DNA of 10,985 nt from Clostridia bacterium (GCA_051866635.1 JBJDXJ010000027.1:1-10985), one strand, 5' to 3'; positions 1 through 7,833 are shown, counted from the stretch's first letter. Numbers and translations are program-made. Notes: generated by a model from the letters alone, not told the origin.

Positions 1-1
1 T

Positions 2-3000
2 GCCGTTCACTTCGTAAACATACCTTGTGCTCTTAACATCGTTTGCCTTTCCATTGTTGTTACCGTCTGTATGCTGTACAAGTCTTCCGCTTCCGTCATA
101 AACAAATGTTTCTTTACTTGAAATTACTTTTCCATTCTCATCCCGTCCGATGGGCTTGGTCTGAGTTTTTACATTGTTCAATCCGTCATAGATAAACATA
201 GTGTAAATATTACCCTGTTGCTTTTTTGTTACATTATTTCTCGAATCATACGAAAAGATTTCGAGTACGTCTGCCTTGCCGCTTGTAACCATTTGAGTGC
301 TGATAAGTCGGTTTCTTTTATCGTATGTATATTTTATTGAATTACTGCCATCCCCATAACGTGCATCAATTTTATTAATCACGTTATTTATGCCGTCATA
401 AACATACTGTGTATTGTTTCCCTCGCCGTCAGTTTCACAAATCATTCTTCCTGCCAAATCGTAGGCGTAGGTTTTTGTTATTTCTTCTCCGTCTTTTTCA
501 TAGCTTTCCTTTAAAAGTGCTCCTCTTGCGTCATGCTCATATTCTGTTGTAAGTAAATTTGCAGCTGTCTTTTTACTAAGAAGGTTTCGTGCATCGTATT
601 CATATGTTTCGCAAACTGTTTCTTCTTCATTTACAAAAGCCCTCTTAACTACTAAGTTACCCACCTTGTCATACTCATATTGAGCACTTGACAGAACATT
701 TCCACCACGGCTTATTTTTTCACTCAAAACTCTGCCTGCGTAGTCAAATGTACGTTCCGTCACATATGCATTTTCTTCATTCCATGCTATGTCTGTGTAC
801 AAAACCTCTTTAATTGTATTTCCCACGCCGTCGTATACTAAAAGAGTTTTATTCCTGCTCGTTCCTGATTCATTACGCCAATTATATGTGCCTATTACTC
901 GATTTCTTGCATCATACTCATAATCGGCTTTTTCGCTTATTTTATCGTCTCCGTCACAAGTACCCTTTTCAATACTTAAAACATTGTCTCTGTCATCATA
1001 CGTATACGCCGTATAATAACCGTCAACCTCTTCACGTATAAGTCGCCCTGCATTATCATAAGTGTTAGTTGTTGTAAATCCGCCTTCGGTTTTTGTTTTC
1101 ACAGCATCTAATGCATTATATGTATAGCTTTCCGTGTTAGAATTTCCATACGTAACCTTAGTAACTCTGTTTAATGCATCATAAGCATACTGTGTTTTGT
1201 TTCCGTTTCCGTCGATTTCTTTAATTTTGTTATTGGCATAGTCATATTCATATGTTGTTCTGTTGTATTTTAAGCTGCCATCATCTTCTATCTTATAAAT
1301 AGCATCCTTATATATCAACTTTCCCTCAACATCGTAATATTCCTTTTCCATACCAACAGGCTCTGTTGTTGAAGGATTTTTATAACTTGTTGTAACAACG
1401 TATAAAACCTGTCCGGCAATTTCTTCATATGAATAATCATATTCCGTTACAAAACCACCGGTCACTTGGCTTATAGCCCTGTTCTTTACGTCATATTCAT
1501 ATGTTGTTTCATTATTCTCTGCATCGCAAATACCTATTACATTGCCCCTATCGTCATAGCTTCTTGCTTCGTGAGTATGCCATTCATATTCAATAGAACT
1601 TGCATTTTTGTCAACCGCTACACCATAACGTGCCGCAATCGGTTTTCCGTAAGCGTTATATGTTGTTTCCGTTTTATTTTTGTTTTCATCTGTTACGGTA
1701 ATTTTTATTGGACAATAGTCAAATTCTCCCTCTGTTCCCACATAGCTTTCCGTATAACTGTAAGAAACACTGCTTCCGTCTGCATAACTTATGCCACTTA
1801 ATCTTTCTGCGTCATCATAAGCATATGTAGTTTTCTTATCATCAATGCTTTGTGCCGTAACATTACCGTTCAACTGATTTTTCTCTGTTACCTTTTCTAC
1901 ACTGCCCAAGCTTTCTGTTATGGTCAAATCTCCGGTTATATCATTTTTTCCGTAGGAATAGATTGTCACAAACCCCTCAGCACTTTCATTTTGTGCCTCG
2001 ATTTTTTCTACAACTCTCTTTAATGAATCATAATCATACGTGGTATACTTCACAGTTTGACCATTTTCTTTAACCGTTTCGGAACTTACTCTTGTATTAT
2101 CTAAATTTTCATCAAGAACATATATTGTTTCCGAAAGAGTTTGACTGTCTTTTGCAAGTGTCTTTTTCGTCGGTAAAAACCATTTGTCATCATACTCGTA
2201 TTTTACACATTCACCCTGCAAAATATTATTTGTTCCATCTTCTATAATACTTACATTTGATTCATCGTATACAAATTCTGCCAAAGGCCCTTTGTATTCT
2301 GTAAGATTACCACAATCATCATAGTAATACCATTCTTCTTTTACAGATACAGCCTCACCCTCCGATTCTGATAATCTTATCATTCTTGGCATTCTGTTTT
2401 TATCATACTCATATTCTGTTTTACTTGTAATACGTGTGTAATTGTCAGGTGTTCTATGCATAACATCTTCACTTACAAGGTTATTTTCTGCGTCATATAC
2501 CTGAGTTGTTTCAACAATATAATTGTCGCCCTCTTCACTTATAACAGCTGTTTTCGTATACCCGTTTCGTGTTACCACAAAACGGGTAACATTCATTCTT
2601 CTTTGGTAACTTCTTAAACCAATATTTCCACCTTCACAATAGATTGAGCAGTCCTCAGTTTCGGTATATTCAATTATTGGCTCGTTAAAATCTTCGAAAT
2701 ATATCTCAATATTATTTCCGACCATCTTGACCTTTATGTCATAAGCCGTTTCGAGCTCACAGGTACCTAAACCTTTTTCGCTAAACGATGCCGTTGCAAC
2801 AACCTCTGCACCCTTATGATAGTGACCATTATCGCCTGCAGTCATCTTAAGAAGAGCAAGTTCATATTGTTCTGCCTCATCTAAAACTGTCAATTCGCTT
2901 GTAGGTCTTAATCTGGCATAGTATCCATTAAAATTATTGTTTCCTGTTCCGAAATTATTTACCGCAAATATAATACCTCCCGATGTATGTCCTCCGTCGA

Positions 3001-4639
3001 TAGCCGCACTTTTCAAAGTTATTGTCGCGTCTATCGTTACATCTGTGTATATGTTTTCTGAAAGGATTTCACTGTGCATTCTCAGCCAAGAATGCATATA
3101 ATTGTCCTTAAAATCGAAAGTTCCCTGTTCGTTTCCTGTGGAGTATTCTTCTTTCCAAAAACTTCCTTTATGTCCGAACTCTTCGGTGTATCTATAATAT
3201 CCATCATTATAAACATCATCACCCGTTGGGTAATTATATGCAGTTTCCATGCCGATTTTTACACATTCATAATCAAAAACAGACTCTGTTTCTTCTGTTG
3301 AATCTGTTAAATCTGTTGTTGTGCTGCCCACAACCTCATAATCCTGGTGCAATACTACTTTTGCATATTCCCAGTCTGTCAGCCCGTCAGCTATGATTTC
3401 ATACTCGTAATGAGATATTTTGTTTTCTCTGCAATAGAATATATCCTCCATCACATTCATTGTTACTGTTTGTATCGGTTCAATTGTGCTTCTTGCCACT
3501 GCCTCAGATTGCATATTGAACTTATATTTTGGTTTCCCGTCAATATCAATTACTTGTGTCAAAACTCTGTGACCATAGTAATATTCACCAACGTCATACG
3601 CATCATATGTATATGTTACAACATCTGCGTTATCTTCTTGTCCTTCTATATAAAATTTTAAATCTGTAACTGTATTATAATTCTGGTTTACTGTCGTTCC
3701 ATATAAAAATTCCACGTATTTTTTAGTACCATTTGAATCTATTGTTATATTGTCAATTGCCTCAATATCATTTCCAAGGTCTTTGTATTCAAACCGAACT
3801 ATATCGGCATGATTATATTCAATCTTCTTTATTTTACCTTCTGTACTGAAGGTATATATAATTCCTTGTTTTTTGTGAGTTATTATTATGTTCTTTAATT
3901 CTGTTTTTTCTGTTTCACTTTCTGTGCCCTCTCCGCCGTCTTCATCTTCGTCTCCGTCATAATCGTACTTGATTTCTATATCTTTCAACGGATGATTTCC
4001 TATAGTAAATGTTGTCGTTGGCACTTCCGTAGTGCTATCCTGTCCGGGAGTATAGTTTGTCATAACGGGCGTTATGGAATACACCTCTCCTGATTCGCTG
4101 TGGTACATAATATTTTTAATGTCATATCCCACATCAATATCTGCATAACCGGAAAAGCTACCCCTTGTTACTTCAAGCATGGGAAAAGAAAATCTCCATC
4201 CTTCCCCTAATCTGTAAGTCTTCGTATAAAATGACTCTACTTCGCCTATCTTATTTGTTCCCGAATTATATCTGTAATCCGCACTTGCAAGTTCACTGTT
4301 AAATATACGCCTAATTTCAAAACTACCTTGAGTTAAGGGAATGGCATAATCTACTTGACTGACAGTCAATGTACCACTTAGCTTACTCACGCTTTCATCC
4401 GATGCATTCCTTCCTGCATATGCAGCAGACATATTCGTATGGTACTGATTTTCCATAATTTCTATATTTTTTGACGCTATTTCATCTATATTTGCATCAC
4501 TTTGTGCCAAAAGCTCACTCGAAGAAACGGGTTCACTTAAATTATCCACTTCTGAGATTGTATTTTCAGTGTATGCATGACCAATTATAGTACACAAAAG
4601 TAATGCTATTATCAACGCTATTGATATTCGTCTCTTCAT
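2..4639 (-). CDS. Large secreted RHS/YD-repeat protein (WapA/Rhs-like), 3' end truncated by the window edge (>=1546 aa)
   Basis: Hand translation: ATG at 4639-4637 preceded by AGGAGAG (overlapping the upstream TAG), with no stop in this frame down to position 2. N-terminus MKRRISIALIIALLLCTIIGHA is a Sec-type signal. The RHS N-terminal (DUF6531-like) motif ESVSKLSGTLTVSQVDYAIP...FEIRRIFNS...LGEGWRFSFP lies at ~4396-4180. More than 20 YD repeats, e.g. YYYDDCGNL, YAYDDAERL, YAYDALNRV, TYDNAGRL, YEYDKVGNL, YAYDLAGRM, YTYDKRNRL, FVYDGSGRL. Absent from the ORF track, presumably because no stop lies in the window. Confidence 0.95.
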   Translation of the reverse strand, partial: MKRRISIALIIALLLCTIIGHAYTENTISEVDNLSEPVSSSELLAQSDANIDEIASKNIEIMENQYHTNMSAAYAGRNASDESVSKLSGTLTVSQVDYAIPLTQGSFEIRRIFNSELASADYRYNSGTNKIGEVESFYTKTYRLGEGWRFSFPMLEVTRGSFSGYADIDVGYDIKNIMYHSESGEVYSITPVMTNYTPGQDSTTEVPTTTFTIGNHPLKDIEIKYDYDGDEDEDGGEGTESETEKTELKNIIITHKKQGIIYTFSTEGKIKKIEYNHADIVRFEYKDLGNDIEAIDNITIDSNGTKKYVEFLYGTTVNQNYNTVTDLKFYIEGQEDNADVVTYTYDAYDVGEYYYGHRVLTQVIDIDGKPKYKFNMQSEAVARSTIEPIQTVTMNVMEDIFYCRENKISHYEYEIIADGLTDWEYAKVVLHQDYEVVGSTTTDLTDSTEETESVFDYECVKIGMETAYNYPTGDDVYNDGYYRYTEEFGHKGSFWKEEYSTGNEQGTFDFKDNYMHSWLRMHSEILSENIYTDVTIDATITLKSAAIDGGHTSGGIIFAVNNFGTGNNNFNGYYARLRPTSELTVLDEAEQYELALLKMTAGDNGHYHKGAEVVATASFSEKGLGTCELETAYDIKVKMVGNNIEIYFEDFNEPIIEYTETEDCSIYCEGGNIGLRSYQRRMNVTRFVVTRNGYTKTAVISEEGDNYIVETTQVYDAENNLVSEDVMHRTPDNYTRITSKTEYEYDKNRMPRMIRLSESEGEAVSVKEEWYYYDDCGNLTEYKGPLAEFVYDESNVSIIEDGTNNILQGECVKYEYDDKWFLPTKKTLAKDSQTLSETIYVLDENLDNTRVSSETVKENGQTVKYTTYDYDSLKRVVEKIEAQNESAEGFVTIYSYGKNDITGDLTITESLGSVEKVTEKNQLNGNVTAQSIDDKKTTYAYDDAERLSGISYADGSSVSYSYTESYVGTEGEFDYCPIKITVTDENKNKTETTYNAYGKPIAARYGVAVDKNASSIEYEWHTHEARSYDDRGNVIGICDAENNETTYEYDVKNRAISQVTGGFVTEYDYSYEEIAGQVLYVVTTSYKNPSTTEPVGMEKEYYDVEGKLIYKDAIYKIEDDGSLKYNRTTYEYDYANNKIKEIDGNGNKTQYAYDALNRVTKVTYGNSNTESYTYNALDAVKTKTEGGFTTTNTYDNAGRLIREEVDGYYTAYTYDDRDNVLSIEKGTCDGDDKISEKADYEYDARNRVIGTYNWRNESGTSRNKTLLVYDGVGNTIKEVLYTDIAWNEENAYVTERTFDYAGRVLSEKISRGGNVLSSAQYEYDKVGNLVVKRAFVNEEETVCETYEYDARNLLSKKTAANLLTTEYEHDARGALLKESYEKDGEEITKTYAYDLAGRMICETDGEGNNTQYVYDGINNVINKIDARYGDGSNSIKYTYDKRNRLISTQMVTSGKADVLEIFSYDSRNNVTKKQQGNIYTMFIYDGLNNVKTQTKPIGRDENGKVISSKETFVYDGSGRLVQHTDGNNNGKANDVKSTRYVYEVNG

Positions 4640-4649
4640 AACCGCTCTC

Positions 4650-6026
4650 CTATTCATATACTCTCAACGTAATATTTACCCCTTGATTTGTCGTTTTTTT
4701 CAATCTTACAACATTAATAATACCTGACCACAGCTTCTCATTATCAAATTCCGAGTCATTTTCAACTACAAAACGGATTTTTCCTCCGCTTACGCTTAAA
4801 ATTTCAATTTTTATGTTTTCTGTGTACCCTTTATCCGTTTCCTTATCCCTTGTAAAAGCACATAGGTCAAATATTTCAAAAGCCGTTGCATTTTCTGAGT
4901 AATCAATTTCATATACATACTTACTCTTGTCCAAAATATTTTTTCCGTAAACAAGAACATCTGCTATTTCATTTTCTTCACCTGTCAATGTATACGTAAT
5001 ATTGGCTTTTTCACTGTCTGGTCCAAATAGCGTCATTGTTTTTACATATCCATTGCTTTCACCTTCAACAACTGCCCATACAACATAGTTCATGCTTTCT
5101 GCCGGGAGTGTTACATTCAAGCTGTAACTGCCATCCTCCGCTGTATTAATCTGTCTTAAAAAAACAATGTTTCCGTCATCATTCAATATTTTTATGCTAA
5201 CGGCTTTAACACCCTCTGTTTTGCTCTGTCCCGTGATAAGTGCCGTTTTTCTATAAGCCTCACATTTAAGCTCACTATCACTACTTTCTCCAATTGCAAC
5301 TACCTTAGTTTCACGAGCAGTATTTTCCACCGAAATATCCACTCGATACAATCCGGTAGCATCTTCCGGCAATGCTATTCTTACATCATTGCTAAAGTCA
5401 TTATCCAATATAATTGTTCTTATGTAATAAAAATCTTTATAGGTATTTATCGGTCTTACCTTAATATTTGCACATTTATCTAAAAGGTTTTCCCCCATAA
5501 TCTGAATAAATATTCTTTTGCCTTCTGTTGTAGTTTCATCGCCTATAACAATAGCATTGACTGTGGGCTCAATATATTCAGGTTTTTCTTCAATAACCTC
5601 CGAAGAAATTTCTGTAGCAAATTCCATCGTTTCTGCCTCTGTAACTTCTCCCATGGGCATAGATTCAAGTTCGCCTTCGCTTTCAGTTTCATATTCTGAA
5701 GGAGTTTCTTCTACTACCGCTTCAGTCATTGGTTCAGTTTCTGTTTCCTCAACAACTGCTTCCGTAGCTTCCTCTACAATATCACTTTCCGTTACGGTTG
5801 CTTCTATAGTTTCGCTCTCAACTTCATCTGTCTGATTTTCGGTTTCTTCAATTTCGGTTTCAGTTTCACCCTCTACCTCTGTGACTGTTGCAACAAACAA
5901 AGAAAACTCCGGCTCGACAATATCTTCAGCCACAGTTGTTTCTTCTGTTGCAACATTTGCCGTTGCATTCACTACAGTACTGAATGCGAAGCATAATGCA
6001 AATATAATTATGAGTTTCTTTTTCAT
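4650..6026 (-). CDS. Secreted acidic protein: signal peptide, Glu/Thr-rich stalk, two Ig-like repeats, C-terminal cohesin-like beta-sandwich
   Basis: 458-aa ORF with GAGGTG RBS. Signal peptide MKKKLIIIFALCFAFSTVVNA. aa ~27-153 are E/T/V low complexity. Two alignable beta-rich units at aa ~157-246 and ~253-334. aa ~343-458 (VLVYGKNI...YEIDYS...FEIFDLCAFT...GKIRFVV...WSGIINVVRLK) has a cohesin-like strand pattern. The CDS is secure; the domain calls are by eye. Confidence 0.85.
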   Translation of the reverse strand: MKKKLIIIFALCFAFSTVVNATANVATEETTVAEDIVEPEFSLFVATVTEVEGETETEIEETENQTDEVESETIEATVTESDIVEEATEAVVEETETEPMTEAVVEETPSEYETESEGELESMPMGEVTEAETMEFATEISSEVIEEKPEYIEPTVNAIVIGDETTTEGKRIFIQIMGENLLDKCANIKVRPINTYKDFYYIRTIILDNDFSNDVRIALPEDATGLYRVDISVENTARETKVVAIGESSDSELKCEAYRKTALITGQSKTEGVKAVSIKILNDDGNIVFLRQINTAEDGSYSLNVTLPAESMNYVVWAVVEGESNGYVKTMTLFGPDSEKANITYTLTGEENEIADVLVYGKNILDKSKYVYEIDYSENATAFEIFDLCAFTRDKETDKGYTENIKIEILSVSGGKIRFVVENDSEFDNEKLWSGIINVVRLKKTTNQGVNITLRVYE

Positions 6027-6049
6027 AATTCAACACCTCGCTGTACTGC

Positions 6050-6901
6050 TTATTCTGTAGCTTCAATCGTTATTCCCACAGGAGAAACAAGTGTTTTCAT
6101 ATTTTCAAAATCATCCCAGACAAAAATTTCAACTCTTTTGCCCGTCATATCAATGCTCGAGTCATCAATCGTTAAAGATATGGATTTTGTAAATTCTGTT
6201 CCGTATTCGGGAATAGTATTTGTTTCGGCATTATATGCTATCATCTTGTTTTCATCAAAAACTGCTACTATCAATGTCATTTTTCTTCCCCATGCTGCAC
6301 GAGATGTCCCTGTAAATGTACCAGTAAGTTTGGTCCCATCCACATCAATAGACAGTCCTTGTCCCTCTTCTCCACAGTATAACGGTGTGCCATATTTTTC
6401 TCCGTACACACGTAATTCTTTTATGTTTATCCAGCTGGTTCCCGAAGGTATTGATGTTATAGTCAACATAACATATCTTGCTTCAACCATCGTAAATTCT
6501 TCAGTTACAACTGCTGCCCTTTCGGAATTTGAACCTTCAACAATGCTAACATAGTTAATTCCATCTATAGATACTGACATTTTATATCCGTAATTCCTCC
6601 CATCATGCGGAATAAATTCTATTGTATCAATATAATATACTTCGCCTAAGTCTACTTTTGCACTACTACCCTTCACATTAGATGCCCAATAGGAAACCTC
6701 ATTACCATCTGTTAAATTAGGTGCTATATTCCCTTTATCGTCCTCTTCATCAGTTGCCTCAACATCTTTATTAAGAGCTAAATTTTCCCGTGTTTCTGTT
6801 TCGGATACTGTAGTTTCTTCAATTTCAGCACCTTCTTCAGCATTTACACATAAAGAAAATGCCATTGTTATAACCAAAGCTAATATTACAATTCTTTTCA
6901 T
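6050..6901 (-). CDS. Secreted discoidin (F5/8 type C, CBM32-like) domain protein with a C-terminal 'VFD...FVWD..ENMKTL' domain
   Basis: 283-aa ORF with AAGGA RBS and signal peptide MKRIVILALVITMAFSLCVNA. aa 40-167 shows hallmark F5/8C motifs NLALNK, NLTDGN..SYWAS, VDLG, VSIDG, ARYV, ELRVYG. Confidence 0.9.
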   Translation of the reverse strand: MKRIVILALVITMAFSLCVNAEEGAEIEETTVSETETRENLALNKDVEATDEEDDKGNIAPNLTDGNEVSYWASNVKGSSAKVDLGEVYYIDTIEFIPHDGRNYGYKMSVSIDGINYVSIVEGSNSERAAVVTEEFTMVEARYVMLTITSIPSGTSWINIKELRVYGEKYGTPLYCGEEGQGLSIDVDGTKLTGTFTGTSRAAWGRKMTLIVAVFDENKMIAYNAETNTIPEYGTEFTKSISLTIDDSSIDMTGKRVEIFVWDDFENMKTLVSPVGITIEATE

Positions 6902-7004
6902 TATCTTTTATCCTTCTTTCTGTAAGTCTTTAATTATTAACAAATTTCAAAACACTATATATAACAAATTAAATATATCCTCTCCTTCTCATACTATTCT
7001 TATT

Positions 7005-7050
7005 ATCTGTATTGGAGCCATAGCAATAAAGCTATGGCTCCAATACAGAT
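7005..7050. repeat. Perfect 20-bp inverted repeat (stem-loop) between agrD and the secreted-protein genes
   Basis: ATCTGTATTGGAGCCATAGC (7005-7024), loop AATAAA, GCTATGGCTCCAATACAGAT (7031-7050). No U-tract follows on the minus (sense) strand. Confidence 0.9.
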
Positions 7051-7080
7051 TTTATTATGTTTAGGTATATGTTAACCTAT

Positions 7081-7112
7081 GCCTAATGATCATATAAGCA
7101 TTAGGCTTTTTT
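7081..7112 (+). terminator. Hairpin overlapping the agrD stop codon, T-tract on the plus (antisense) strand
   Basis: GCCTAATG (7081-7088) / CATTAGGC (7099-7106) followed by TTTTTT on +. The T-run is also the agrD Lys-Lys codons, so it may be incidental. Confidence 0.4.
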
Positions 7113-7259
7113 GTTGCGTTTTGCTGCAACCTTCTTAAAATTTTCAGGCTCTTTAGGCTGATATGTACCTGCCATCGATGCTTTACCGGAAGCTATTGTC
7201 GCCACCTTCAGCGTCCAATCTGCAGCAATTACCAATGCTTTCTTTGTTATGTTCTTCAT
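7101..7259 (-). CDS. agrD: AgrD-like cyclic lactone autoinducer peptide precursor (52 aa)
   Basis: AGGAGGTG RBS at 7272-7265, ATG 7259, TAA 7103-7101. Translation: MKNITKKALVIAADWTLKVATIASGKASMAGTYQPKEPENFKKVAAKRNKKA. It has an amphipathic leader, the S-x4-YQPKEP motif typical of clostridial AgrD, and a charged tail. Lies directly at the end of agrB. Not in the ORF track. Confidence 0.92.
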   Translation of the reverse strand: MKNITKKALVIAADWTLKVATIASGKASMAGTYQPKEPENFKKVAAKRNKKA

Positions 7260-7833
7260 ACTTACACCTCCTATTCATAAAATATCCTATTATCGCAAGT
7301 GCTACAACTGCACCAAGTGATAATCCAATTATAATCCCTACTTGCTTAGCACCACTCACCCACAGCACACACGCCAAACAGGCAAATCCAACATATGTAA
7401 TAATCCCTTTTGCCCTATTTACATCTCTTTGTTCTTTGCTAAGAACCTTATTGGGATGCTTTACGGGAATAACTGGCAACATTATTACTAACCCTATTGC
7501 CATTATTGTTATAAAGGTTCTCAGCTCTATACTTTCCAACAACGACGACATCCCAACAGTGCTTATGAAAGTTATTATCATGGTTCCTCGGCATACACAT
7601 ACCTTATCTGCATGAAAACCACCACAATGTATTCTGACTAAACAAAATGTCAATAAAAATACTACTGCATCAATTACTTTAAAAAACACCCTTGAAATCA
7701 AGATTATAAGGATAAACGTTAATGCTTCACTTAGGATTAAATTCGTCCCGTATTCGTATACATCTTTTTCCTCTTCACAGATTATATTCCGTGCAACATA
7801 AAAATCAGCTATACATCTAGATAAGTAGTTCAT
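7183..7833 (-). CDS. agrB: Accessory gene regulator B family membrane peptidase/cyclase
   Basis: 216-aa multi-TM ORF with AGGAGGT RBS (7847-7841). Motifs YEYG, R-x3-GGFHA-x5-C (His74/Cys81, same spacing as the catalytic H77/C84 of staphylococcal AgrB) and PVKHPNK. Confidence 0.95.
   Translation of the reverse strand: MNYLSRCIADFYVARNIICEEEKDVYEYGTNLILSEALTFILIILISRVFFKVIDAVVFLLTFCLVRIHCGGFHADKVCVCRGTMIITFISTVGMSSLLESIELRTFITIMAIGLVIMLPVIPVKHPNKVLSKEQRDVNRAKGIITYVGFACLACVLWVSGAKQVGIIIGLSLGAVVALAIIGYFMNRRCKYEEHNKESIGNCCRLDAEGGDNSFR

Noticed and set aside
814-3661. Plus-strand ORFs 814-1041, 1466-1801, 3074-3301, 3347-3661
   Set aside because: Antisense shadows of the RHS gene with Cys/Phe/Ile- or His-rich non-protein-like composition and no recognisable motifs.
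4592-4639. Possible lipoprotein lipobox in the RHS signal peptide (LLLC); Cys also occurs in the other two signal peptides
   Set aside because: Does not fit L-[AS]-[GA]-C; signal peptidase I-type sites (GHA, VNA, VNA) follow instead.
5518-6554. Plus-strand ORFs 5518-5835 and 6138-6554
   Set aside because: Ser/Val-rich mirror translations of the Glu/Thr-rich minus-strand genes; TTG starts without a clear RBS.
6970-6993. Mini-ORF MRRRGYI and an RBS-like AGGAGAGG on the minus strand after the 20-bp hairpin
   Set aside because: Seven codons with no upstream RBS, and the purine run has no suitably spaced start leading to a real ORF.
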